Positions 1 through 8,674 are shown, counted from the stretch's first letter. The stretch: 32,000 nucleotides of DNA from Thermoproteus tenax Kra 1 (GCF_000253055.1 NC_016070.1:720001-752000); one strand, 5' to 3'. The notes: generated by a model from the sequence alone, not told the origin. Program-made: numbers and translations.

Positions 1-564
1 TACCATAGAGTAGTGGAGGTCTCCCACAGACATAATTACAGGCGCATTGGCCGGTTTGTAGTTGGGCAACTCGCCGAGTATCCAGGACAGCCCTTTCAGC
101 GGACGTTCATCGTTCCACTCCCGCTCGGTGCTCCCTATTTCGATGAACGTAGCGCTGACGATCTCAGTGTTGGGCTCATGATGCGTGGCCTCAAGCGCAC
201 ACTCAAACTCGGGGGGCCGCTCCAGACACAGCTCTCTGAAGAGCCAAGTCTTAAGCTCGGCGTAAGCCACAGAGAGCGAGGGAGGAACGCCGGGTGTATG
301 TGCAGTCAGCATGGGCCGAGGTCTGGCCATCTCGTGCCTGGAGGGGACGACTATATGGCCTATCCCCAAGCTCCTCAACTTCTCTTCGGGCGGCAGCTCG
401 AGGGAGTCTCCATCGTATACTAATATCAATAGCTCTCCTCGTCTCACCACGGAGCAACACGAGCCCAACGGCCTATCCTCAACGCCGAGTATCCTAGCCA
501 CGCCTCTCGCGACGGGATCTCGCGACAACGCTATGGCAATCTCGCCCTCTGGGCCTAAATACAT
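1..564 (-). CDS. dtdA: D-aminoacyl-tRNA deacylase, archaeal DTD2 type; the 3' end runs off the left window edge
   Basis: This gene is absent from the supplied ORF track because the window edge truncates it. Hand translation of the minus strand from the ATG at 564-562 stays open to position 1 (188 codons). It reads MYLGPEGEIAIALSRDPVARG...PSRHEMARPRPMLTAHTPGV...CALEATHHEPNTEIVSATFIEIGSTEREWND. The SRH..LT.H..G, EATHH.P and FIEIGS.E.EW blocks match archaeal DTD2 as I remember it. An in-frame TGA lies about 10 codons upstream of the ATG. Confidence 0.8.
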   Translation of the reverse strand, partial: MYLGPEGEIAIALSRDPVARGVARILGVEDRPLGSCCSVVRRGELLILVYDGDSLELPPEEKLRSLGIGHIVVPSRHEMARPRPMLTAHTPGVPPSLSVAYAELKTWLFRELCLERPPEFECALEATHHEPNTEIVSATFIEIGSTEREWNDERPLKGLSWILGELPNYKPANAPVIMSVGDLHYSMV

Positions 565-660
565 AAGCTCAAGCGCCCGGCTTGTAATACAAGCTCAAAC
601 ATCGGCGCAGTGTAATATCTATGGCTAGGCTCGCCGTCGGAGCACGGCTTACTGCGCCCG

Positions 661-1632
661 TCATGGGACGAGAACTGCCCTGCCTATAACTGAGCCTCGC
701 TCCATGTCTTTATGCGCTCTAATGGCCTCTGTTAGTTTGTACTCCGTATATACAGGCTTTATAAGTTTACGTTTAAGGAGGTCAAGTGCCTCGTATACGT
801 CCCATGGCTTGTACGCCATATGGCCCAGCACGGATATCTGTCTCAAGATTATGAGGGCGGGGCTCAAGCTGGCCCGCTCGCCTGTGACATTGCCAATCAC
901 CACTACAGATCCGCCTCTTTTCGTGAGCCTTATAGAGCTCTCCAAAGTTGGAGAGCCCACTGTGTCGAAGACTACGTCAAAATCCCTCATACCCTCTTGG
1001 AAGATGCCTATGCCCAAGGCGCTGTAAACTCTGGACTTCTCGGGCGATCTGGTAGATATATACACGTCGGCCCCCCTGAGCTTGGCCACCTGTGCCAGAT
1101 ATAGGCCTGTGCCCCCTCCGCCGACTACCAGGACCCTCTTATTCTCAACGTCCACCCTTCTAACGGCGGCTATGGCTGTCGGTATTACGTCGGTAGCCAA
1201 CACGGCCTCGCGCGGGTCCACTCCATGGAACGGAAAGACAAAGTTGGCCGGCATCAGAACATACTCGGCATACGTGCCGTCCCTATGTTCGCCCAGATAC
1301 TGCGCGTTTCTGCAGAGGTTCTCCATACCTCTTCTGCAGTACTCACAAACTCCATCGTAAAGGGCCGGCGCAAGGAATACCCGCTGGCCCACGAGGTCTT
1401 CGTGCTCGTTGGAGCCAGCCTCGACTATTTTTCCCACGCCCTCGTGCCCCAACGTGACAGGCGGTTTAACGTGTGGAAACGCGCCCTTTCTGACCACAAT
1501 ATCCCTCCCGCAGACGCCCGCCGCCTCTATCTTCACTAAGACCTCCCCAGGGCTTGGCCTTGGATCCTCTATATCCAAAACGGCGAGAGATCCGTCGGCC
1601 TCTCCAAACTTTAGCAATCTAACGGCCTTCAC
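661..1632 (-). CDS. Zinc-dependent alcohol/threonine dehydrogenase-like oxidoreductase (MDR superfamily)
   Basis: 323-aa ORF with a GTG start at 1632 and a CTTTAAATT box about 27 nt upstream. MDR signatures are present: GVCGRD, GHEGVGKIVEAG, the Cys cluster CEYCRRGMENLC and the Rossmann motif VVGGGGTGLY. Confidence 0.85.
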   Translation of the reverse strand: MKAVRLLKFGEADGSLAVLDIEDPRPSPGEVLVKIEAAGVCGRDIVVRKGAFPHVKPPVTLGHEGVGKIVEAGSNEHEDLVGQRVFLAPALYDGVCEYCRRGMENLCRNAQYLGEHRDGTYAEYVLMPANFVFPFHGVDPREAVLATDVIPTAIAAVRRVDVENKRVLVVGGGGTGLYLAQVAKLRGADVYISTRSPEKSRVYSALGIGIFQEGMRDFDVVFDTVGSPTLESSIRLTKRGGSVVVIGNVTGERASLSPALIILRQISVLGHMAYKPWDVYEALDLLKRKLIKPVYTEYKLTEAIRAHKDMERGSVIGRAVLVP

Positions 1633-1659
1633 AGTTCTGGCAATAAATGTAATTTAAAG

Positions 1660-2592
1660 TTAACAGACACATGCGCGTTCGGCCTTTATCTTTGCCAACG
1701 CATCTGAGAGTTTGATTCCTTTAGAGAGGAGTATCTCCAGATCGTACTCGGTGGTAAACCCAAGCTCCCTCAGCCCTTTGGAGGCTGTGAATAGATCCCA
1801 ATTGTTTGCGTAGATCAAACGTGCCATCTTGTTAAGTCTGAGCAACGCCTCGGGCTTAAATCTGAGGGCTACCGGCGTGAACATGTCTATATAGGCCAGC
1901 GCGGCGCCGCCTCTCATTTCAACTGTGCCGTAAAAGCCCTTAAGAGCTCTAAGTACGTTCTTGGAGGCCTCCGTTATACAGCTCTCCGTCAGTTTTTCCA
2001 ACAACGGGATATCCGATGGATCTAGCGCGTAGTAGCCGAGGAAGCCCCCCTCCTGGGCCACGCGCGCTGCCCGCTCCAGAAGATAGCCCCTGTCAAGCTC
2101 ACCGTCGGCGCCCAGCCCTATTACGGCCACATCAACCTCCGCGCCCAGATCCTCGGCCATCTTCAAGACGGCGAGAGAGAACGAGTCTGCTAGCGGTGAT
2201 CTGAGATCCCTCTCGCAGCCGCAGGCCAGTATGTCGCCACCGACATCCACCCCCGTTATTTTCTTGAACCTGGACGTCAGAGCCCTGGCTATTTCGTCGG
2301 GCCTTGCGTCGGGCGAAACAGCGTATACTTCTCTATTCAATACTGCGGAGACGCAGGCCCCTTGGGGTACTGTCTCACGGCCGCCCCTTAAGGCGCGCGA
2401 GCCGGCCTTTATTATAAACAGTGCTCCATCGCCTTCAACGCCAATGAAGTCGGACCTAGTCAAAGGTCCCGGGACAGGGTCTACCACGAAGCGCTCCCAT
2501 GGGAGGAGGCCCACCGAGCCTCCAAGCTTCTGCGCCAGGACAGACGCCGTTATTACATCGCCACCGCCCCCGGCTGCGAAGACGAGCCTCAT
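1660..2592 (-). CDS. Conserved archaeal hypothetical protein, DUF1152-like
   Basis: 310-aa ORF. Its ATG overlaps the stop of the upstream M20 gene (ATGA at 2589-2592), which suggests co-translation. It has an N-terminal AAGGGGDVITA and an internal VDVGGD. The family assignment is from memory only and no function can be assigned. Confidence 0.6.
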   Translation of the reverse strand: MRLVFAAGGGGDVITASVLAQKLGGSVGLLPWERFVVDPVPGPLTRSDFIGVEGDGALFIIKAGSRALRGGRETVPQGACVSAVLNREVYAVSPDARPDEIARALTSRFKKITGVDVGGDILACGCERDLRSPLADSFSLAVLKMAEDLGAEVDVAVIGLGADGELDRGYLLERAARVAQEGGFLGYYALDPSDIPLLEKLTESCITEASKNVLRALKGFYGTVEMRGGAALAYIDMFTPVALRFKPEALLRLNKMARLIYANNWDLFTASKGLRELGFTTEYDLEILLSKGIKLSDALAKIKAERACVC

Positions 2593-3782
2593 TTGAGATT
2601 CCTCAAAAGCTCGACATAGGCCCTCGCCACGTCTATTATCTGTGACACCTCTACATATTCGTCGGGCGCATGTGCCACATACTCGGGGCCCGGCCCGTAG
2701 GTCACAGTGGGTATCCCTCGCCTAATGAAGAACCTTGCATCAAGTCCCCCTATACACACGGTCTTGCGCGGGGCCGCACCGCGCACTTTAGACACAGCCG
2801 ACTCTAGGCTCCTCACTAGGGGATGATCGGGAGCTATCACCGCGGCCTCCGACTTATTGATCACTTTGACCTCCACTCTGTGTTCTAACCCCTCGGCGGC
2901 TCTTCTTATAAACTCCTCCATCTCCCTTCTGACCTCCTCCACGTCCTCCTCAGGTATTATACGCCTATCGAGAGTGAAGGCGAAATATCCGGGTACTACG
3001 TTGGCCTTGACGGAGCCTTTGACCTCGCCGCCCATCGTCAAGGTGGGGCTGGCTCCGCGGGGATCCTCGAACTCATACCGGCTCCTCTTTGTCGCAAGAG
3101 TCGGCATATATTCGGTTAAGATCTTGTTGGCGATCTTGACAGCGCCCTCAAAGGCGTTCAAGCCTAACCAAGGCGTGGATCCATGTACTTGCTTACCGTA
3201 GACCTCGACTAAGAACCATATGAGTCCTCTGTGGCCTATCCATATGTTGTCAACGCCAGAGCCCTCGGCTATGATGGCCCAGGGGGCCTTGACCTTCCCG
3301 CTGTCGGCCAAGTAGCCTGCGCCGGATTCTCCCCCTATCTCCTCATCAGGGACTAGCGACACCTCAAAGTTCTTAAGGCCCTCTCGTACTGCCAGCTCGG
3401 CGGCAAGGAAGATCGAGGTGAGCCCGCCCTTCATATCCACTGCGCCGCGGCCGTAAACTCTTCCATTGATGTAACGCGGCTCGAAGGGCCTCGTGACTAG
3501 CCACGAGCCCTCGGGCCCTGGAGGAACCACGTCGTAGTGTCCGTTGAAGTGCACTCTGGGCTCCCCAATCCTCGCCAGAAGTATATAGCGCGGATGATCG
3601 GAACACTCTGGACAGACCTTTGACACAAGGCTCTTGGGAACTTCGACAACCTCCGTGTCTAGGCCCAGCCTTTTGAAGAAGTCCTCTGCGTAGTCCACAA
3701 AGTCCCGGTAGTGTTCGCCGGGAGGATTGATAGTTGGGATTCTTATCATCTGGGACAGGATCTCGACGGCCCTCGACTCCAT
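2589..3782 (-). CDS. M20 family metallopeptidase/deacylase (ArgE/DapE/carboxypeptidase-like), host-composition copy
   Basis: 397 aa. M20 motifs are present: HFNGHYDVVPPG, GRGAVDMKGG, PDEEIGG and a C-terminal YGPGPEYVAHAPDEYV. An AAATATAT box lies about 20-25 nt upstream of the ATG. Confidence 0.85.
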   Translation of the reverse strand: MESRAVEILSQMIRIPTINPPGEHYRDFVDYAEDFFKRLGLDTEVVEVPKSLVSKVCPECSDHPRYILLARIGEPRVHFNGHYDVVPPGPEGSWLVTRPFEPRYINGRVYGRGAVDMKGGLTSIFLAAELAVREGLKNFEVSLVPDEEIGGESGAGYLADSGKVKAPWAIIAEGSGVDNIWIGHRGLIWFLVEVYGKQVHGSTPWLGLNAFEGAVKIANKILTEYMPTLATKRSRYEFEDPRGASPTLTMGGEVKGSVKANVVPGYFAFTLDRRIIPEEDVEEVRREMEEFIRRAAEGLEHRVEVKVINKSEAAVIAPDHPLVRSLESAVSKVRGAAPRKTVCIGGLDARFFIRRGIPTVTYGPGPEYVAHAPDEYVEVSQIIDVARAYVELLRNLK

Positions 3783-3864
3783 GATACCGATGATTCTCAG
3801 AAATATATGTTGCTCCCCTTACGGCGTCTGCCCTGGGGCTTACCTGAAGCCGGCTCGAGAGCGG

Positions 3865-5013
3865 TCAGGGAGCGCGCGGCTGAGGCGGACGGCAATACGG
3901 CTTTATGTACTTGAACACATCGCTGAGCCTCGGCCTCTCCTTATACAGCACCACATAATGCGGCAGCGAGCGCCACGTTGACAGCGCTAGCCTCTCGTCG
4001 ACTAATACCAAGAACGGAACTTTCGCCGAAGATAGCTTCTCGTATTTGCGCGCCAGATACTCGGGGGTCCAGAAGCCGACAATCTCCACGTACAAGTCGC
4101 CTATCTTGAAGTCTGGTATAAAGAGTCTCCCCTCTATCACTAAGGCCTCCGGCTCTCTCTCGATGCGGCACATAGGGGATATTCTCGCATAGAACTCTTG
4201 CTCCGCTGAGCTGTCAAAGGAGACGGGCTCTATATCTCTCCTCGATAAAGGCGGCGCAGTTGATTTAGAGTCAACGAATTTATACGTCCGACCTCTGAGC
4301 GCTATCTCCGCCTCAATACGCCAGTCATCCGCCGAGATTACATAGGGCACGAGCTTGGCGAACCTAGTCCCGTATCTCTCCGTCTGTCTGAGCACTGTGG
4401 CGGGCCCCTCGGCATCTATCCAGATGCCCTCTCCGGCTCGCCTGGCTATGTACATCAAGCCCAATCTTTTAACGCCTCTCGCAAGCTCTTTAACCGTAGA
4501 TCCCGACGCTTTGACGTAAAAACTGGCGCGTATTGATCGGAAGAGCAACGTCTGGATCAACGACGTGTTGTACAATGCGACCAGCTCCTGCGGCGCTATT
4601 GAGGGAGCACTCACTATGGCTAGCTCATCTTCGTGTATTTTCCTCAAGGCGCCCTCAACTTCAGCCTCGCTCAACCTCAGCCTCTCTGCGACAGCCCTTA
4701 TGATCCTCTGTCGTAACGCCTCATCGACCACAGGGTGCGCCTTGGCGGCCTCTCTGAAGGTCTCAAGTCTGACTCTGGTCAACAGCCTCTTGTTTACTTC
4801 CTCGACCGCTATGAACTTCTCGGCTAGATGAGCCAAGCCTCTGGCCAGTTTGGGAGGCAGCCCGCTCTTCTCGACGTTGGCCCTGGCATCACCAAGCTTG
4901 ACGCCGGGTTTGTAGGCCTCTATAATGCGGCTGGCAGGCCATATGTCTAACAAATAGTCTGGCTTTATCTGATCGCCGCGCCTCTTTACGCGCAATAGAT
5001 CGAGAGGTAGCAC
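3865..5013 (-). CDS. bax1: Bax1-type endonuclease (DUF790, normally the XPB helicase partner)
   Basis: 382 aa with a GTG start. The N-terminus reads MLPLDLLRVKRRGDQIKPDYL. The C-terminal nuclease-like block IPDFKIGDLYVEIVGFWTPEYLARKYEKL is characteristic of DUF790/Bax1 as I recall the family. Confidence 0.75.
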   Translation of the reverse strand: MLPLDLLRVKRRGDQIKPDYLLDIWPASRIIEAYKPGVKLGDARANVEKSGLPPKLARGLAHLAEKFIAVEEVNKRLLTRVRLETFREAAKAHPVVDEALRQRIIRAVAERLRLSEAEVEGALRKIHEDELAIVSAPSIAPQELVALYNTSLIQTLLFRSIRASFYVKASGSTVKELARGVKRLGLMYIARRAGEGIWIDAEGPATVLRQTERYGTRFAKLVPYVISADDWRIEAEIALRGRTYKFVDSKSTAPPLSRRDIEPVSFDSSAEQEFYARISPMCRIEREPEALVIEGRLFIPDFKIGDLYVEIVGFWTPEYLARKYEKLSSAKVPFLVLVDERLALSTWRSLPHYVVLYKERPRLSDVFKYIKPYCRPPQPRAP

Positions 5014-5181
5014 TATATTTCAGGGGTGTCATCTTATATATTGGGCGCCCTTCCAGCTATCGGCTCTGCCGCATCCCACGGCCGCGCATGACCACTTTGG
5101 GCGATCCGGCCCAACCGGCGATTTGCCAACGGAGATGTGCCGCTCGTCGGTCGGGCCGGCTCGTCGAAAACTAGGGGCCAG

Positions 5182-5282
5182 TGGGCCCGCCGGGATTCGA
5201 ACCCGGGATCTCCCGCGCACCTAGGCGTTGTCGGCGCGGGCGCCATGTAAGGCGGGCATCCTAGCCGCTAGACTACGGGCCC
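5182..5282 (-). tRNA. tRNA-Val (anticodon TAC) with an approximately 28-nt intron at the canonical 37/38 position
   Basis: The reverse complement reads GGGCCCG TA GTCT AGCGGCTA GGAT G CCCGC CTTACA [TGGCGCCCGCGCCGACAACGCCTAGGTG] C GCGGG AGATC CCGGG TTCGAAT CCCGG CGGGCCC A. All four stems pair. No CCA is encoded. A TTTT run follows about 12 nt downstream, and a TTAAAAAC box lies about 25-30 nt upstream. Confidence 0.85.
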
Positions 5283-5386
5283 GGCGCTATTTTGGTTAAT
5301 GTTTTTAATCGTTTTCCCCGTACCTGCCCGAGGCCCTTACGCGGCGCTGCCTTTAGTGCTTAAATATCGTCATTGATGAGGACTGC

Positions 5387-6541
5387 GTGGATATATTCCA
5401 GAGATATCGCTCAGAGGTAGCCAGGGCGAGGGATATAATAGCTAGAGGCAAGTTTCTCGCTGTAGTACACGACGGGACGGCTCATGCAGACGACACAATA
5501 GCCGCAGCCTTGTTATATAGTGCGGGAGCCGAGGAGGTCTACAGAGTGAGCCAACAAGATGAAATGCTCGAAATAGTGAGGGGGAGGCGTGCCGTAATCG
5601 CTGATGTGGGCTATAAGTACTACGAAGCCCTCAAGTCGGCCGGCGAGGTGGCCATATTAGACCATCATGCTCCCAATGGAGAGCCCGAGTACGTGGAGTT
5701 GCCCTCTTCCCTAATGCAGACTGTCGAGGCGCTCGGCTTGAGACTTAGGCCTAGGATGCAGATGTTATTTACGGCGGCAGACCTAGTGGATAGATTCGGC
5801 GCACTTTCGGCGAAGAGATGGCTCGGCATCTATGGAGCCTCGCTTAACTTGGCCCTCTCCTCATATTTCGGAGCAGTGACGAAGGGCAAGTATGCCGACT
5901 ATAACTTTCTCTCCCTAGTGGCGGAGGCCGCGTCGTCCGATTTCGACGTCCAAGACATAGCTGAATATTCAAAGTCCTACTCAGCAACTGTCGGCGCGAT
6001 CGATGTAGACCCTGAGAAATACCCTAGAGCTCTGGCTCTTCTCAGACTCATGAAGGAGGCATCGCGGGGGGATACATCGATCTATCTGAGCCCGGAGGCC
6101 TATAAGACAGGCTTCGGGATAGATTTTTCGGCGCACGCCGCGCTGGCAGTGCCTCAACTGAGCGAGTACCTAGCCAAGGGGCTCTCGAGATATTTCAACG
6201 AGAACATAAGGGCCATCAAGACAGCTGAGGAGAGACGGTTTGTTATAATAGAGAAGTCCATTAAGGCGATAGCTGTGGAGGACTCCGTATCGCCCACAGC
6301 TCTATGGAATGCACTATTGGACTTAGGCGTGTTGAGGGAGGAGGAGCCGGCTATAGTCGCCGTCAGAGATCTGAGGAACCCAGGCGCATATTCCCTCTGG
6401 AGACCCGATCGCCACAAGCAGATAGACTTCAGAAAGTTGGCCGGCGATAGGGTCATCTTCAGACACCAGTCTGGTTTCATGGCCGTCGTCAGAGCCGACA
6501 GCGCGGAGGACGCAGTCAAATACGCCCTTATGTATCTGTGA
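5387..6541 (+). CDS. MYG1/UPF0160-like (DHH-type) metal-dependent hydrolase, divergent
   Basis: 384 aa with a GTG start. The N-terminal VVHDGTAHADDTIAAALL resembles the MYG1 H.G.FH.DE..A.ALL motif. ADVGYKYY...ILDHH resembles the DVGG.YD...DHH motif. The rest of the protein is not recognisable. Confidence 0.55.
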   Translation: MDIFQRYRSEVARARDIIARGKFLAVVHDGTAHADDTIAAALLYSAGAEEVYRVSQQDEMLEIVRGRRAVIADVGYKYYEALKSAGEVAILDHHAPNGEPEYVELPSSLMQTVEALGLRLRPRMQMLFTAADLVDRFGALSAKRWLGIYGASLNLALSSYFGAVTKGKYADYNFLSLVAEAASSDFDVQDIAEYSKSYSATVGAIDVDPEKYPRALALLRLMKEASRGDTSIYLSPEAYKTGFGIDFSAHAALAVPQLSEYLAKGLSRYFNENIRAIKTAEERRFVIIEKSIKAIAVEDSVSPTALWNALLDLGVLREEEPAIVAVRDLRNPGAYSLWRPDRHKQIDFRKLAGDRVIFRHQSGFMAVVRADSAEDAVKYALMYL

Positions 6542-6933
6542 CCTTCAAGCCAACTCAAGATTGGGCCGAGAAGCTATGCCGAGAGATAACCGGAAATAAG
6601 AGGGCTCCTCAAGAGCTATCCATAGTGGCCGTCGAGGTGCCAGACGAGTTGGGATACGGCCCCACTATGACTCTGTATTTTAAGTTCGATGAGAGGGGGC
6701 GGTGCATATCGTCGCAAATTATTAGGGGGGAGAGGCCAGCTAAGTATATGCTGTCAGGTAGATACGAGGACCTTATACAGATCTTGGAAGGTCGCCTTTC
6801 CCCATTCGCGGCAGTTCCATTGGGGAAGCTCCATGTGATGAGGGGAAGTTTGGGGGAGCTAGCCGAGTATATGCCTCTGGCCCTGGAGATCGTCGAGGCG
6901 GCCCGACGTATTAGCTCACGACAGCACCAATAG
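6538..6933 (+). CDS. SCP2 (sterol-carrier-protein-2-like) domain protein
   Basis: 131 aa. The GTG start overlaps the stop of the upstream gene by 4 nt. The C-terminal half, MLSGRYEDLIQILEGRLSPFAAVPLGKLHVMRGSLGEL, looks like the SCP2 fold signature (..G.l.p..A...Gkl...G). The last about 8 codons lie inside the left direct repeat of the AT-rich island. Confidence 0.6.
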   Translation: MTFKPTQDWAEKLCREITGNKRAPQELSIVAVEVPDELGYGPTMTLYFKFDERGRCISSQIIRGERPAKYMLSGRYEDLIQILEGRLSPFAAVPLGKLHVMRGSLGELAEYMPLALEIVEAARRISSRQHQ

Positions 6934-6955
6934 AGACCACTAAGTTGCCCTGGAC
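6911..6955 (-). pseudogene. Orphan 3'-terminal fragment (14 codons plus stop) of a pilin-like gene; left direct repeat of the AT-rich island
   Basis: The minus strand reads GTC CAG GGC AAC TTA GTG GTC TCT ATT GGT GCT GTC GTG AGC TAA, which is VQGNLVVSIGAVVS*. The intact gene end at 10266-10328 encodes VQGSLVVSTGAAYPFTAVVS*. One 20-nt block is identical (6907-6926 = 10262-10281). A second block matches 23/25 (6931-6955 vs 10304-10328). They are separated by an in-frame 18-nt length difference. Confidence 0.55.
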
Positions 6956-7149
6956 TATAAAGCTCGTTCGTCAGTTTAAGGTGCGACGGCTAAGGCCAAC
7001 TCTCTGGCCACAGTTATTCGCTGATTTGCTCAACAATCTCTAAATATCTCCACGGACTATACCGAGAAATTAGATAAACACGAAGTCCTTAAGGACTAAG
7101 AGGTTCTCATTACTACATTTAATAGTACTTGGATTCTTTAATTATAAAA

Positions 7150-8394
7150 TTAATCAATCCTAAGCCCCAAATATTTTTCAGAAACATATTTTATAACATT
7201 ATAGGTCTTAACCAGGTCATCAATAGCGACATATTCATTGTACGAGTGGGCCAACGTCAAATCACCAGGCCCATAAACCACCGTAGGTATTCCCCTAAGC
7301 CTTAGGTACCTTCCATCAGTCGCTCCAGTTATTATTATTGGCTTAGGCTCGGCCCCTTGCTTAGCTATACCATCTCTAATTAACTGGACAATCATCTCAC
7401 CGGAGCTTGTGTAGTTTGGCTCACTTAGATCAATAACTTCAACTTCAGCTAAGCCACTCAACTCACCCCTTAACTTATCTACCACATTACTCGGCGAGAC
7501 ACCTGGTGGAACTCTCATATCTAATTCAAGCTCAGCATAATCGGGAACCATATTTATTTTCGAGCCACCTTTAATTACGCCTGGGTTAAAGGATACTAGT
7601 CCTACGGTAGCTCTCAAGTCATCTTTGCTGAGCCTTAAACCGGATTTAAGGGCGCCCTCTAGGTAGACCTCAGTAGCATTATCTATCGCTTCAATTAAAT
7701 CTTGAGGATGTTTAATACCTCTGTTAAATTCATCAATGCAAATCCGAGCCCTTTCAATGGCCTTTATGAGCTTGACTATGGCGTTATCCCCAAGTATAGG
7801 CAAGCTACCGTGCGCAGGTTTACCCCTAGTAACAAGCCTAACCTGGCAGAGGCCCTTCTCGCCAATACAGTATTTATCAAAACCAGTTGGCTCAGCTATT
7901 ATGGCTGCATCCCCGATCAGTATGTTATCCTTAACCAAAGCCTCTACACCTGCGTGTCCGCCGACCTCCTCATCGGCTGTGGCTGAGAAAATCAATGTAC
8001 CGGTGCCCTTCTTCTCAACCAGAGGGGCCAACTCGGCGAAGACCATCATTATGACCGCCAATCCGCCTTTCATGTCTGTTGAACCTCTACCGTAGATCTT
8101 GCCTTCCACTATTTTGCCCGAGAAGGGCGGATAGGCCCACTTACTGATATCACCGGGCGGCACCACGTCAGTATGACCGTTTAATATTAGGGTGGGTTTG
8201 CCTGAACCAACCTTAGCAATTAAATTAGGCTTACCCTTAACATACTCATAAATACTGCTTGAGAAACCTTTTGCATTTAACCAATCTTTGATAAAATCTG
8301 TAACATTAGTAACATCCCCGGGAGGGTTAACACTGTTTATCTGAACTAAACGTGAAGTCAATTCGGCTAATTGGTTCTTTAAGTCACTAGACAT
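7150..8394 (-). CDS. M20 family metallopeptidase/deacylase, AT-rich island copy
   Basis: The ORF is open from 8439 (429 aa), but I prefer the internal ATG at 8394 (MSSDLKNQLAELTSRLVQINS), which gives a typical M20 N-terminus. Motifs present are LNGHTDVVPPGD, GRGSTDMKGG, ADEEVGG and YGPGDLTLAHSYNEYV. It is a clear paralog of the 2589-3782 gene but uses AT-rich codons. Confidence 0.85.
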   Translation of the reverse strand: MSSDLKNQLAELTSRLVQINSVNPPGDVTNVTDFIKDWLNAKGFSSSIYEYVKGKPNLIAKVGSGKPTLILNGHTDVVPPGDISKWAYPPFSGKIVEGKIYGRGSTDMKGGLAVIMMVFAELAPLVEKKGTGTLIFSATADEEVGGHAGVEALVKDNILIGDAAIIAEPTGFDKYCIGEKGLCQVRLVTRGKPAHGSLPILGDNAIVKLIKAIERARICIDEFNRGIKHPQDLIEAIDNATEVYLEGALKSGLRLSKDDLRATVGLVSFNPGVIKGGSKINMVPDYAELELDMRVPPGVSPSNVVDKLRGELSGLAEVEVIDLSEPNYTSSGEMIVQLIRDGIAKQGAEPKPIIITGATDGRYLRLRGIPTVVYGPGDLTLAHSYNEYVAIDDLVKTYNVIKYVSEKYLGLRID

Positions 8395-8467
8395 GTTATA
8401 TCCTATTAGATCAAAGATATAAGCATTATGGGATAACACTTAAAAAGCCTTCAATATTGATATTTGT

Positions 8468-8674
8468 ATGGATATCAAGAACCTATTGAAAATAATATTG
8501 CTGATAATAGTGCCGTGGATCTTTATAGTCTTCCTGGCACCGCTCTACAATAGGACTTACCCTGAGATTGGCGGGTGGCCGTTTCTATGGTGGTACTTGT
8601 TTGCATGGATTTTCATACAACCAATATTAACATATATAGTATATAAACTCATTGATAAAGACAGCAAATTATGA
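8468..8674 (+). CDS. Small two-TM membrane protein, DUF3311-like (typical companion of SSS transporters)
   Basis: 68 aa and very hydrophobic, with a GGWPFLWWYLFAWIF segment. The stop overlaps the start of the downstream symporter (ATGA at 8671-8674). This pairing is typical of DUF3311-SSS gene pairs. Confidence 0.6.
   Translation: MDIKNLLKIILLIIVPWIFIVFLAPLYNRTYPEIGGWPFLWWYLFAWIFIQPILTYIVYKLIDKDSKL

Noticed and set aside
13-628. Plus-strand ORFs 13-423, 294-497 and 311-628, and minus-strand ORF 251-460, at the left edge
   Set aside because: They lie antisense to or out of frame with the clearly recognisable DTD2 coding frame on the minus strand.
6835-6841. C-box-like GTGATGA (also CTGATGATG near 28973 and TTGATGA near 5371) as possible C/D box sRNAs
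   Set aside because: No appropriately spaced D or D' (CTGA) boxes or terminal stems were found. Two of the three sites lie inside well-supported coding regions.
8395-8439. N-terminal 15-codon extension of the island M20 gene (MLSHNAYIFDLIGYN)
   Set aside because: The extension would consume almost the whole divergent promoter spacer. The internal ATG at 8394 yields a canonical M20 N-terminus. This is not decisive without TSS data.
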